Shown: positions 1-15,101 of the stretch, piece by piece
How positions within the stretch are numbered: the first letter of the stretch is position 1
Layout of the letters: each line of letters starts with the position of its first letter
From: the human T2T-CHM13v2.0 reference genome, Homo sapiens
Direction: 5' to 3' (one strand)
Assembly (NCBI RefSeq): GCF_009914755.1
Contig: NC_060934.1
DNA length: 64,000 nt
Position numbers and translations under genes: made by a program
The notes under the pieces: model-generated
The model's database searches: none
What the model was told of the DNA's origin: nothing
What the model saw: the letters and a program-made list of their open reading frames with translations, nothing else

Positions 1-1363
1 AGCCTTTAACATAATCATTTGGTTACTTTTAAAAATTACAATAAAATTGTTGTAGCAGTTGAGTCTGCTCTGAATCTCACCTACTTGATTTTTGCCCCTT
101 TCTGTCCTTGTTAGGTGTATGTTATAATTTTTTATTGCATTCTGGATATCATACTCAGCACACCAAAATCCATAATATTAATAAATAGCATGCACATTTG
201 GGAATGATGATACCCCTTCTACCAGGTCACTGGTGTGGGTTGAAGTCAGCCCAGGTGGTAGTTAAGCCTAGTTCGTATTGTCTGATTTCTATGCTAACTG
301 CCAGAGCACGAAAGACTTCAACTTTCTCTCATAGTGCTATGTACTCAGTATGAAACTGGGGCATGATACAGTCACCTCACCCTGAGAGGTTACTTGGGTG
401 ACTTTGCTGTGTTTGTATTTTTTGAATGTTTTGTCCGACCTTTCCTTTAAGCTGTTTCACCACACGGGGCCTCTCCATTGCTGCCCTCCTCCCGCAGTGG
501 AGCACCTCTGCCTAGCAGGTGTGTGCTCGGCCGGAGTCGGGTGTCCAGCGTGCTCTCCAGCTCCCTAGTCTAGCTGTCCCTTTAAGTTGGCTGCGCCTCT
601 GGGTCTCCTCAGTGGTACTTTCCCAATGCTCTTGCGGCTTCTCACCGTGGCAGCACCGCGGTTCCTCTATCTGTGGGGCTTTTTTAGGAGAGTGGTTCCT
701 GCTGTTCCCCATGTAGCAGGCGACCTCTGAGGGCACTACTATAGGAAGCTGAGGTTGAGATGACTTCCAGTCCCTTCACCGTGGGTGGAGGGTTTTGACT
801 TTCATTTTTTCCTTAGTAACAATGGTCCACTGTGTTCGGTGAGCTACAGGATTCATAGTCTTTCCCTCAGCAGCCTAAAATCTTTGTTCCAAATGAGAGA
901 TGAATCCAGGCCGTGTTCATGCCTTTCCTGCCTTCTCTGCACCTGCACCTCTAGGAGACCCTCTCCAATCCACTGTGCTGCCTCCAGTCACTCTTGTGAG
1001 TTCCTGGTGAGGTCCATTTGAGATAATTTACAAATAAATGCAAACTTGCTTTTGTCTGAATTTCCAGGGGTTTTATACTTTACCCCAGCCTAGGCTGGGC
1101 TTCTGCTGATTAGTTGTACATTTTATGACTTCTTCCTCCCTGTGTGGTGGCATATCTGTGTCCTGTGGTCCACCATGTGTGGGATCTGTGCACATTCAGT
1201 GTCTTGTTTCTTCCTGGAATTCAGGCTGCTTGGTTTCATTGAGAACTTGGCTCTCTGATGGTTGAAAAACGTTATGTTTTTGTAAGTTATTCTACTATTT
1301 TCTTGCGGTTAGTGTGGGAACAACACTCATTCCAGCTTACATTCTAAACAGAATCAGAAGCTC
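1..1363 (-). mobile_element. Old L1 (L1MD-like, L1MDa 5' end) 5'UTR and start of ORF1, degenerate
   Basis: Reverse complement begins gagcttctgattctgtttagaatgtaagctggaatgagtgttgttcccacactaac...catcagagagc..., colinear with the recalled L1MDa 5' end, and runs into A-rich ORF1-like sequence at the window start. Confidence 0.65.
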
Positions 1364-1576
1364 ACCAGCTCTTCCGATGAGTTGGTTGAAAGAGCTACTC
1401 TAGGCAACCATCTCAGTACATGTGCAAACTTGCCAATTATTTTTCTTCAAACATGATCACTATTACTGCATGATTCCAATAAGCTGACATGTTGCATTTC
1501 ATTATACAGGATCCTCAAAGTACAGTGGTCTAACTATTGATCATGGGGCAAAATTTGGGACCAGCAAAGAGATACA

Positions 1577-1860
<284 letters not shown>

Positions 1861-1888
<28 letters not shown>
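1861..1888 (+). repeat. (CA)n microsatellite replacing the Alu poly-A tail
   Basis: About 14 CA units directly after the Alu 3' end and before the TSD copy. Confidence 0.95.
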
Positions 1889-1892
<4 letters not shown>

Positions 1893-2250
1893 CACAGATA
1901 CAATGATTCTTGAAAATATTGGACAGTATATCTATTTTTTTGTTAAATGGATTGCAGTGGTGTTGTGAGGAAAACATTTTTGGGGAGTAACAGCTAAGAC
2001 TGTACTATCAATATCTGATAAATCTCTGTGTTATTTTTCATTAATATTTTACATGGCATGCTGAAAAATACCCATCCAATGAAATCTCCTTACAGATTTC
2101 TGCTCAGTTGTCTCTGGGGTCCTTTAAATTGTCCCAGAAATCCAAAAAATCACGGCTACTTCAATGGAAAACACAAGTCCTAGTTCTGGTGACAAAATAT
2201 CTTCCTGACTTAAAAATGTACGTATTTCACTCTAGCATTTTATTACTTGA

Positions 2251-2653
<403 letters not shown>

Positions 2654-2776
2654 TCCACTTTCATCTTCCAGGTATGCCTTAAGGATGATGCACAGGAAAG
2701 CTAATGTGCGCCACCCCCACCTCATTTCAGGCCCTAATTACCAATTCCTAGATTGCCATAGAGCTCACTGGCCAGA

Positions 2777-2846
2777 AAGGGGAGGAGGCAGAGAGAGAAA
2801 AAGACAGAGAGAGAGAGAGAGTGTGTGAGTGAGAGCGAGGAGAGAG
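2777..2846 (+). repeat. GA-rich simple repeat
   Basis: gagagagaaaaagacagagagagagagagagtgtgtgagtgagagcgag. Confidence 0.8.
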
Positions 2847-2859
2847 CCTCAATCCTCTA

Positions 2860-2962
2860 TTTCAAACCTTTCAGGGGCTTCCCCTGGCCCACATAAGAAA
2901 ACCTATTCAAATGTATTCTTATTGGAATGGTGTGCACAGTCGCTGTGATCTGACTTCTGCCA
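2860..2962 (+). mobile_element. L2 fragment
   Basis: tcaaacctttcaggggcttcccc...tgatctgacttctgcc resembles the L2 3' region. Confidence 0.5.
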
Positions 2963-3785
2963 CATATTCTATTTTATTATTCTAATGTCAGAACTAACTT
3001 ATATAGATAGGTTGCCTTGGCTTTGCTTTATGAATGAATAATCTTGGGAAAATGTTTATAATGCCTTTTTGATAACTCTTCAATAGAATACAGCAAACCC
3101 CACTTATTTTTCTTCTGTGCCTTCATATTTTAATTCAGTTTGATATGCCAGACTTGTTTTTCCTTTTCAGACCCGCAAAACCTATTGTCCTTTGCATTTC
3201 CTCTATTTAAATTTTATAGAAAACATAATCTTCTTGATACCATCATTTTGGAGATGAGAAATGGCAACTACTTCAAAATGAATCTTCAACAGCAGTTGGA
3301 GGAGATTTAAAGACAATGCATGCATGAAGATGGGCGTCAGATGCCAGTAACTCCATGAATTAGAGTTTCACATAAGCCAAACCCTCACAGAATGTCTGCA
3401 AAAAAACCCAAGGAAGACGGGGATAGTTTGACCTCAGCTGTCCACTGCTAGTGGAGAGTATTTAAGATAATCATTTTAGTAACTTTAGGATACAATTATT
3501 TTTAGGATCTTCCTGTGCTATTGGCAGTGGGCTGTTTCTCAGTTTGCTGTTGATTTTTGGTCAATAGCTGTTACATGTTACATGATCAGATGTTATAATC
3601 AATTAGTTTTATATTTTTTCTTTTAATTGTTTTCCATATTGAAACCCACGTGTCATAATCTAATAATGCTGGAGCTGCAGAGTGTCTCTGAGTTTGATTT
3701 TTGCAAAGACATTGATGCATTTCAAGAAACTAAAGATAATAATGGCATGGATAATAATTATACATTACATTAAAAAGAATTAACA

Positions 3786-4230
<445 letters not shown>

Positions 4231-4379
4231 TTATTTTACCTATAAGCACATGATCTGCTTTATTATTATATTTAAATATCCTTATTGAATTATAGTATGA
4301 TGTGCATTCACATACATTTTATGTATTTCAATAAAGACAAAGCGGAGGTTCAACTTATCCCTTTGTATGTAACTAACTG

Positions 4380-4516
4380 TCATTGTCTGTTTGCCTCATG
4401 GATCTTAAAAGCCTTCAAGGTGAAGACCAAGCTAAAATTATTGATGTATCCCCAATACTCATAATAACATCCTGTCCAAAGTGATAGCTTAATAACAGTT
4501 TGAAGAGTAAATTAAT
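4380..4516 (+). mobile_element. L2 3' end fragment
   Basis: ttgtctgtttgcctc...tgtatccccaatac...gcttaataacagtttgaagagtaaat, typical L2 terminus. Confidence 0.5.
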
Positions 4517-6945
4517 AACTTCAAGATTATTTTATGTATTTGAAGCTTAGGCAAAGGAGAGTCAATGATGCATTATCAGAAGACCATAAAGGATATCAAT
4601 CTTGCAGACCTGGGAAACCAAGATAAATAAAATGTATGCTTTTCTATCATTCATAGGGGTGCCCTGTGTGGGATGTTTTGGCCGTTTTTAAACCTGACAA
4701 AATCTGGCAAAGTTTGCCTTCTCTTGAGGTATTCCTGGCCCTCCACTCTCCTGGCTTCCTGTAGATTGCACCCACCCTTGTCCCAGAAGAATGAATTACT
4801 CACTTCCAGAGAAAAGATAATCAAAGTGTGGTATAGAATGACGCTGGATGAGAATGTTTGTTTCTCCATAATTCTGTAACGTCTTCGAGAGTTTGGAATT
4901 TTAATACCCCACCCTAGTTCACTTCCTAGCACATAGTTGGTATTCAAATAATTTCTTAAAGCATAGTGTTCAATAAATCTTTAGATAAAAAAATTGTGAA
5001 AAGTAAAAAGTATATTTTAATAGGAGTAAAACTAGACATTATGATAGAATCTGAATAAAAAGGGAAGCATGACCTTTAGCCTGGGGAAGAATATCCTATA
5101 AGAATTCCATAAAATATCTCTTACTAAATGTAGTAAAAACACCCATTGATCAAAAGAAATTGGATCTATGGCTCATAATAACATCTCATTGATTGAAAAG
5201 CACTTTGTAATAGCTTTCTTCCATGTGATATCTGTCAGGCATTAACCTTTCAGCCTCCTGATCATGTGAAAGGAATTCTTTGCTTATGCCACTGCTCATA
5301 TGACCCCATCCATGACATTTCATAAATTGCATCTATTGAACAGAGATTTTGGGTTTTCTGGAACTGAAAAATCCATTGCCAAAGCAAGGCATTTCTCTAT
5401 GGATTGTATGATAGAATTTAGCCATATGCTCTAGAGACCTGGAGCTATTTTAGCAAACTTGACTACCTCTGAAAAATGACTACTTACAAAGAGATAAGTA
5501 AGTTTCAAATTTTAGAACATGTAGGGTTCACATAGAAATACATTTAGAAGCAATCATATATTTATTTACTCTTTTAAGGACACATTTAAAAACATAAAGT
5601 GTTCCTCTTATTTAAAGCAATGAGTTAAAATTATACCAAATTCTGTACATAAAAAAGTGAATATGCTAATAAAATAGTCCACCAAGTTTTATTATTAACA
5701 CTAGGAAATCAATCTGCATGTCCTAACAAATAAATAACAAAATAGATGAGCATTTTAACAAAATATAATCTCTTGTAATTCCAGCTTCAAGCTTGTGTTG
5801 CTTTCTTAAGCAGAAATAATAAAGAGAAAGTAAAATAAATAAAAAGAGTATTGGCATATTTTAACAAAATACCTACATAATTTTATTATTCACATAAAAA
5901 ATTAAATCTGTGAAATACAGGGTCAAGAAAACAAAATTGCATACACTTTTATGCCCTTCTCAAACGCATAAATCATCTTTCATGTTGATTGTCTGTATTT
6001 TTCATGTAATTACTTTAACCCCGAAGAAGTAAAATTAGTGATTAGCATTTCAATTCAGGTTTGAATCTGAATCTGAAACTAACTGAAATAAATTTTATTG
6101 AAAATTCTCCAAAGGAATCTAGAGGCACTCAGGTTCAATCACACTCCACTCTTGTCAGTATTTTTGCATTAATATAACCACTATCTTTTCAAAATAAGTT
6201 TTAATGAATTCAGTTTGCAAGTGATTGCTGATCTTAATGGAAAAATAATTTCAAAGAAAATCCTTAGCTATTCAAATGTCACTCATAAATATAGCACAAA
6301 GAATTACAATGGAAGAGATAAGCAGAAAGTTGTGGTCATAAAGTTTATCTGCAAATTTGATAAGAATGAATCCATTAGGGCGGCAGGGGATTTTGATTAT
6401 GGACTTGCCCTCTGTGTGGAAAATGCTAAGGTTGAAGACGACTTTCCTGGCTCTTCTGTGACTTACAGCCGTCTCTATTCCTGTCATGCCCAAACACAGG
6501 GAGAGTCTGCGGAATAGCAAATAAGTTGTTGCAAATGAAATCATCAGGAAAATTATTTTGACTGCACAATTAAAAAAAGCACCTGACATACATTTTTACT
6601 AACTTAATACTTGATCAGAGTTTTATGTTAAATGAAAATGTAAAAATCTTGAATTCAATCAGTGGAACAAGGTTTCCCATTTGATCTGAAATAAACCAAA
6701 CACTATAATTCACAACCAGTAGGCAGGAGGAAATTAAATATCCAGTGATAACTCAGATTTCTGTCTAAAGTGCCTCTCGATGCGTAAGAAGCAAGACTGA
6801 ATAAAATTAGAAGTAATTTGATCGACTAGCCCCCTGTCCTTTGATCAGATGGCTCAGAATTGTGCTGAAACTTTCTGAAGTGACCAGACAGAATGAGATC
6901 GGAGGAGCAATGTCTGCTGTGTGGTAATGGATGGCTCACAAACCC

Positions 6946-7184
6946 AGAGGAAGACAGAGAGACAGAGACAGAAACAGAGAAAGGGAAAGAAAGACAGAGA
7001 CAGAGAAAGAGAGAGAAAGAAAGAGAGGCAGAGAGAGAGAAAAACAGGGAGAGAGAAACAGAGAAATGAAGAGACAGGGAGAGAGAGAAAGAGAGAGGAA
7101 GAGAGAGAGAGGAACAAAGATAAAGAGGGGGCAGAGAGTGGGGCAGAGAGAAAGTCAGAGAGAGAAACAGAGAGAGTGAGAGAC
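6946..7184 (+). repeat. GA-rich low-complexity purine tract
   Basis: About 240 bp of gagagacagagaaa variants. Confidence 0.9.
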
Positions 7185-7516
7185 AGTGTTGGGGAGTTCC
7201 TTAAGAGACCGAATATCAATACACTGGTGGATTAGCACAGTACTCATTGGTTCAAGTAAACCAATACATAAATTTCAGGGCACTCACAAAGTCATGGCAT
7301 TTCCTCTTTAGTTTACTCATTGATTCAACATCACCCGTGCACACCTGCTCTGGGCCCAGCACTGCTCCTAGTGTTGGAGTTATACCGTGGACAAAAAAAA
7401 GACTCTTGCCCTCCAGGAGCTGCTGTCACCATCCTTACCAAAGGAAAGCTTAGACATCTTCCCCTGGGAAATTTCTTCCTGGAAATGTTCAGAGCTAGTG
7501 TTTAGCACAGCTTCAC

Positions 7517-7687
7517 ACACACTGTGGCCTATTGGAGAGTGCAAGGTGGAAGGAGGGAGAAGTTCAGGAAAAATAACTTCTTAGGCTTAATACCTGGGTG
7601 ATGAAATAATCTGTACTACGAACCCCCATGACCCATGTTTACCTATGTAATAAATCTGCACATGTACCTCTGAACTTAAAAGTTTTT
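7517..7687 (+). mobile_element. L1PA (older, PA13-16-like) 3' end, 5'-truncated
   Basis: aggcttaatacctgggtgatgaaataatctgtac...tttacctatgtaataaatctgcacatgtacctctgaacttaaaa. Confidence 0.85.
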
Positions 7688-8030
7688 TAAGAGATTATTT
7701 GATAGCCTAATGTATACCAGATCAAATGTTTCCAAAAACTGCCAAGAACCTCTAAATAATAGTTTGCTTTCAAATGCACCTTCTATTTTTTTGTTTTAAT
7801 TCTTTGTTTGTCTTACTTAAATTCATTCAGTTACTATAACTATCTTTACATATATTTAAAGGAGCAGCATTTTGCATGACTTTACTTGTATCTTTTAACA
7901 CATTTTTTATCATTCCCTTTTCTTCCTGCTGCTATTAAACTTCTTAACAACACTTCCACTGAAAATCGTTGATCACTGCAAATATGAAGTCTACTCCATA
8001 CCCATCATTCATTCCATCAATGCTTAACAA

Positions 8031-8236
8031 TAATAAGAATGACAACAAGGATAGCTCATACTTATTTATTTCTTACTATATGTCAATCACCGTTTAAGGG
8101 CTTTACATATACAAACACAATTAATTCTCAAACTAGTACCAGGAAGTGAATGTAATTAATGCCTTTATTTTACAGTTGAGTAAATTAAAGCACAAAGATT
8201 TAATCGCTCACTAAAGACATACAACTAGTATGGTAG
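8031..8236 (-). mobile_element. MIR
   Basis: cttactatatgtc...gctttacatat...ttttacagttgagtaaattaaagcaca...acaactagta, antisense MIR core. Confidence 0.7.
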
Positions 8237-8414
8237 ACTAGATAATTTAGAAGATATTCCCACCATAACACTAATTGATTATCAATAAAACATACTTTAT
8301 CAATATATTGGTAAACTCACAAGAAATGTAATCTCTGAAAATTTCTACCTACAAAAATGAATAAAGAAGCTAATGATCAAAACAAGAGTGGAGGCCACAA
8401 AATAGCAACCAAAC

Positions 8415-8429
8415 CCAACAGGTGGCACT
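8415..8429 (+). promoter_or_regulatory. Candidate CTCF binding motif
   Basis: CCAACAGGTGGCACT matches CCASYAGRKGGCRSY at 14/15 positions; occupancy unknown. Confidence 0.4.
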
Positions 8430-8599
8430 GCACTGAAGGCCAATGCCGACGTAATCAACATGATCAATAGACTAGGTCTTTGAGCATGCATGGAAGAGCT
8501 GAGTCTGACATTCCCACATTATGTCTAGGAAACTGGAGGTGAAATCTTTTAGCTGAAGTACCTTCCAGAAAGCAGGGGTAAAACAAAGGTTTTCATTCA

Positions 8600-9285
8600 A
8601 ATGGTATAATTTAAGAAAAAATTCCAGAAACAGGAAATATTAGGTAAATAATGTTATTGAAATGGCCACCACGATCAGGAACTGAATGCTAATCATCTAG
8701 GGCCCATTAAGGTGCTGATAAATGGTGGATCAAAATCTTCTGCCCAAAGGATGGAAGAGAAATGAATTCATCCAGTGGATCCTAGCTCCCAAGGGTCAAG
8801 GTTTGATCATGAGATGTTACATCCCACACCCTTTCAAGTTGAACATGGATGAGCCCCAAACCTTAGTGTCGAAGACACCTTGGGCACAGAATCCAAGAGT
8901 GCAGTCAGGAAGCCGGGATGAGGTGTTGCTAGGTGACAAAGGCAAAAAGCAGGTTGCCATAGCAATTCCCCTGGTGAGAGAATGGAGAGGGTGCTGGGAC
9001 GGGCACATGTAGGCATTCAGCACATGGACGGCCATGGTCTCAATTCATGACCACCCTTGGCTTCCCACATTAGGAATCGCACATTATCTCTGAAGGAGAC
9101 TCTTCAATTTAGATGTGCTGGATTAGCACAGATGGAAAAGAAACAAATAAGAGCTGGAGAGTCAACAAGCACACGCACACAAAGCCATCATCAGTGAGAT
9201 ACAACCATTAAAATAAGCCATAGATTAAGACATCTCTCTGCATAGAACTTCAGAATGTTAAATTCTCAATTACAAAAAATAAATT
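8600..9285 (+). mobile_element. HAL1/L1-like fragments, interrupted at about 8790-9045
   Basis: ctctgaaggagactcttcaattt...aagccatcatcagtgaga...agaacttcagaatgttaaattctca resembles HAL1. Confidence 0.4.
8924..8966. promoter_or_regulatory. Pair of RFX X-box-like motifs
   Basis: GTTGCTAGGTGAC and GTTGCCATAGCAAT about 15 bp apart; consensus GTTGCCATGGCAAC. Confidence 0.4.
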
Positions 9286-9289
9286 GGGA

Positions 9290-9795
<506 letters not shown>

Positions 9796-12584
9796 ACTAT
9801 TTATTAACAAATAAATGCCATCAAAAATGAAAAGACAAATGACAAACTGAAAGATGACATGCAAAAGAGTTCACTGACAAATGGACAAAAAATGATGACC
9901 AAATTTTTACAGGAAATGAAGAAGCCCAGCTATCTATTATCCTGTTAAAGGCACCATGTAGGCAGCAATGGGGTGTGTGCAAAGGGAGATCAGATAGAAA
10001 TTGCATTCCACACTCACTGGATTGGCGGTGTTGAAGAATTCGGATCATATACCATGATCATGGACAGCAGGATGCCTGCTGAGCTGGGAAGAAATGTATG
10101 TCCACTTTTCTGGCACTGATTCAGATGCTGCTGTCTACGTGGATTTGCCCAGATTTCTGTTCTCACAGTTTCTGCCTGGGCTCCTTGCCAATCCTTGCCA
10201 ATGCAGTCCCTGTCTGGGGCTCCCTGCATTGTACCTGGGCCACCTGTGAACACCTGGACAGGCCCACAGTGGTTCCCACTCATATATGAAGAGTGGATGG
10301 TGAGGCAGTGGCTCGTATGGAGAGGGAAGTGAGCCCAGTGGGAATGATTTGGCCTGATGGCTCATTCCCATGACCTAGGTCTGAATAGTCAGGAATGTGT
10401 GCTCTTCCTGAGAGGACCTTAGAGACCATTAGTGGAGTCCAATGCCATTGAGGCTGGATGCACTGACCGCCTCCCACGGCATGCTGCCCTCAAGCTGATC
10501 AGCCCTGTGGAGCCACTTGTCATTTCAGAAGGGCCTCCATGCCAGGCTTCATTGAAGCCATTTCATCCAGAGAAATGGGGCAGCAACAGGATTTGCTTAT
10601 TTGAATGCTATGGTCGTGCTGGGCTGAGAGAGAAACGAGGAGAAGCCAGCTGGATAGGGATTGAGCTAATTACATATGAGAAGTTTTATTAATATTTTGC
10701 ATATCTCTATGACAATTATAGATAAGTAACAGCCCCCTCATTTTGCTCTGAAGGGAATGTTCTGTGTATATGATGCTGACATCGTCTGTCTTTGCTCAAG
10801 AATAATTTTCTAGATCTTCCTGTGAACTAGGAGTTCTTAAACTTTACGGATATCAAAGAGAATTAACTCTCACATTCAAAAATCAGCTAAAAGCATGAAA
10901 TGTATTTTAAGTTTTTTAAAAGTTATGTCTGGTTAAACGGAGACTAGTACTTCTCCAGTCTTCTTAAAATTATTTTTCCTAGAATCTGCACATAGAATTT
11001 TAAGTTCTCATAGCTACAAAACCTACAAGTCATTGGGTATAATTAGTAATGCAGTCATTGAAGGCATGATAATTAATGCTACAAATAGTATTATTTGTAA
11101 CTAAATAATAGGAAGATCAAATTAGACATAGTGTATTTCCATTACGATTTTAAAAACATAAAAGAATATCAGACATGCTTGCTAAACAAAATAATCTTCA
11201 CCACAGAATCTCTATGACATTCAGAGAAGCTCCAAAACGGAAAGTCATTTGAATAAAGACATAGGTATAAAAGAAATTTAAGAGTTATAATCAATTTTTT
11301 AAATTATTAAATGATATACATAAAATCATATGCTTCTCTTGACCCAAATAAATGTTTCAACCTAAGGATAAAGAAAATTAACAGGGCTCAGTATTGCCGC
11401 CTCTGGTGTGAATGCTGCCATCTTTTGATTTTGTCATGAATGTGTTGCTGTTATAGCAATCTTGCTTTCATAGCCCTGGGCACATTTAATTAAACACGTG
11501 CTAGCCATTTAATACACAAGAGACCACAGAAGTGCCAAGAAATCCTTTATCAATATGCTTGTATTAAAAAAATGTCAGTAAAGAAAATTGCATAACAATT
11601 TATGGTGACTTTATTATTGAACTTTATTTGTACATTACTTTATTATGTATTTGTTAGCAGATGCCACCAAATAATAGAAAACGCTACTAAATAATGTGAC
11701 ATGATTTTTATTAGATCAAGGGACAACAACCTGCATGACATAAAGATGTGGTAATCATAGGAAAGATGACATACTCTAACTTACTCTAAAGCTATTCTGT
11801 GGCCTTGAATTATTAGAGTCATAAACTGATAAAATTATCCAGAAAAGCCTTAGAGACATCAAAATACTCCCCATTTAAGCAGCAATATGTTGAAGAATAA
11901 ATTTCCATTTTTAGTAGTTCAGTTCTATTCTCTATAACCTCTAAAGGGCAATGCTGTTCGATATATCTTTGTAATGACAAAATTGTGGCTGTTTAGTGTG
12001 TTTATTTAACCAGCTAATGTTTATTGGCAGGCCTGCCTCTTAAGTACACTAATACTGTGTTGGATGTAATGTCTTTTATTATTTTTTCTTATAGGAATTT
12101 TGTTTGAAGCTTGAGGAAAATAATATTCTATAGAAGTTTTTGCCTTTCTTCCCTCACAAATGTATAGATTAATAGAAATAGATAATTATGATGTTGCAAA
12201 TAAAATGAAAAACTTAGAGAAGTATTTCATGATTTCATAAGTACCAGTAACACTGCACAAAATATCATCCTCAAAGAAAGAAATTATATATGTTTATTAA
12301 TTCACTGAGGTAAAAGTCATGTTTGGTGACTTCTTATTAAATTTACAGTAACATATTGCAAAAGAAAAGCTAACTTTTGATGTAAATTAAAGGCCAATCA
12401 GAGCTTTTTTAATGCCATGTATCAACATAATGCTAATTTCAAATATCAAATTTCTTAAGTAATGATTAATTCATCTTAAAATCTTGGCTAAATGAGTTAG
12501 GCATCATTTCTTACCTGTGATTTTATTAAGTATTTTTTAGGAGATTAGGGTGTAAGAGGCTAAACATGTCGTTGAGAGTGAACA

Positions 12585-12920
12585 AGTCTGCCTTAGCCTC
12601 CCAAGTTCTTTCTCTGGAGTCTGGTATCTTCTCATATGCGTGTATGATTGGCACTCAGCTCAAAGTGGGTCCCCTTTAGATGTAAGTCATTCTCTCTCTG
12701 CAGAACTCTCCTCCTCAGTACATTGCCCTGCAAACTCTGGGTTCTGTGGCTTCTCTGGATTCCCAGGTCATTTCTCTCCTGGCTGGGAGATGTTGTGCTC
12801 TTCCTGGGCCAGCTAGTTTATTTCTAGTATCTCAAGAATTACTGTCCTTCCTTGCCAGACACCAATGTCTTGAATTTCATTGTTTTATTTATTTGGTTGG
12901 TTGAGTTTCTACTTGTTTCT
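12585..12920 (-). mobile_element. L1ME-like 5' region fragment
   Basis: ctctctctctgcagaactctcctcctcagtacattgccctgcaaactct...tactgtccttccttgccagacaccaatgtcttga. Confidence 0.5.
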
Positions 12921-12924
12921 GCAC

Positions 12925-13550
12925 TATATTCTGTTTTAATTATCTCTTTTTCTGTTATTTACCAATGCCACACTGTCTTGATTATCAGAGCCTTTTAGTA
13001 AGCCTTGAAGTCAGATAGTGTTAGCTTTCAACTTTGTTCTTCTCTTTCAGTGATGTCCTGGCTATTCTGGGTCTTTTACCACTCTCTCTGTAATATTTAG
13101 AATGAGTTTGGTAATATCTACAAAATAACTTGCTGAGATTTTGTTTGGGATTGTGATGAATCTATATATTAGGTTGGGAAAAACTGACATCTTGACAACA
13201 TTGAGTCATCCTATCCATGAACATGGAATATCGTTCCATTTATTTAGTTCTTCTTTAATATATTTCATCTGAGTTTTGTAGTTTTCCTAACATAGATCTT
13301 GTACATATTTTGATAGATTTATACATAAATATTTCATTTTGGAGGGGTGTTAATTAAGTATTAGTGCTTTTTTTATTTCAAATTTCACTTGTTCATTGCT
13401 GATAAAAAGGATTGACTTGTACTTTAACCTTGTATCCTGCAACCTTGTTATAATTGCTTATTTAGTTTCAGAAGATTTTTGTCAATTCTTTCGGATTTTC
13501 TACTTAGTCATTTCATCTGTGAGCAAAGACAATTTTATTTCTTTCTTTTC
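12925..13550 (-). mobile_element. L1MC-like ORF2 fragment
   Basis: ccacactgtcttgatta...gggattgtgatgaatctata...ctgacatcttgacaacattgagtcatcctatccatgaacatggaatatc, antisense L1 ORF2. Confidence 0.85.
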
Positions 13551-14786
13551 AACAGGTTGAACTTATTTTTCACTATATGAAGCTATATATAAAATAAGAG
13601 AAAATTCAGAACTCTTCAATAAATAGCAATAATTTAAAATTATGCTGAAGTTAGAGATGATTAGTTGCCCAATAATGTTTAATTTGAAAAAAATCATGAA
13701 ATTATATATTCATCCATCTGCCAAATGTTTTGTTAGAGTGATAGCAATGAATGTGTATTATGAGAAATTTTGAGAGTTCTTGTTTTAATATTTGAATGTT
13801 GATTCACTAAAAACACATGAGCATATTAATGTAAACTGTTTAATTTTTTCTCTTCAAATAAAATGTCAATTATTTTTTTCCCTGAATATTTTAACCCTTT
13901 CCAGAGTTTAAGCCTTACTAGTCACTGATTTTTATGAAATAATATCCTTACTTAAACAAAATTAAGTTATATAGGAAATTGACCATTTTTCAATCAAATT
14001 AGCCCAGGCTCATAATTTAACAAAAAGGTGCACTTTGCATTCTGTTTATTGGTTATGTATACAGGGAAGTGAAAGAACATGGCCAGAAATCATTAACAGT
14101 GGGGTGTGTGTGCACACGTGTGGGGGTCTGTGCTTAGGTTTGAGTGAGAATAATAACATGAGTATTTAGCCTCTAATATTAGTTAAAAAAAAAAAACAGG
14201 GATACTTTTCAGTAGTTTTTTAAAAAACAAATATGCCACACAGACTTTATACCCTAAGATGAAAGTAAACTCAACTTTCATCAAGACTTTTTGGCAAAAA
14301 AATGTTATAGAAGTTGATGGATATTATCATATGAAACAGCAGCAACTGCTTTCAGTGAAATAAGATGTCTGAACTAAGCCTCTTTCCTTCTCTCTTATTC
14401 TGTTTCTTCCTTTGGCCCTATTTTTTATTTCTGTGTGTATTTAGTTAACAAAAAAATGCCAAGGTAATTAAGGTAAACAGTCCTAACTTTTTAAAAGGCA
14501 ATCAACGACATAGAAAAAAACATTTAGCATATGTGCTTTAGTATTTTAGTCACATATTATCTGTGTAAATTATAAATATGAGTATATTTCAGTTCTCTGG
14601 AAACTTTATTAACTTGAAGCTGTAACTCCATTAACTGTATTCCTTTTTTATTTCCAAAAATAGAAATATGTCCCAAAAGACAGGAATGCCAACAAAATAA
14701 TAAAATAACCTCTAATATCAATGTCTGTGAAATAAAATTAGAATCAAAAGAGATTTTTCCTTTAAGTACATTTATAAAAATGTACT

Positions 14787-15101
<315 letters not shown>

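Noticed and set aside
3150-3200. Strong acceptor ttgtttttccttttcAG (similar lone sites near 50200, 58480 and a donor at 63266)
   Set aside because: No matching partner site at a plausible exon distance; isolated splice-like motifs are common
6215-6589. Overlapping 100-aa and 105-aa antisense ORFs in unique DNA
   Set aside because: No recognisable domain, the plus ORF starts at TTG, and there is no convincing exon structure; this length arises by chance in 64 kb
6854-7235. Arg/Glu-rich and Ser/Leu-rich ORFs
   Set aside because: Translations of the GA-rich low-complexity tract
11394-11410. CTCF-like tgccgcctctggtg
   Set aside because: Mismatches fall in the invariant GGC core when aligned to the consensus
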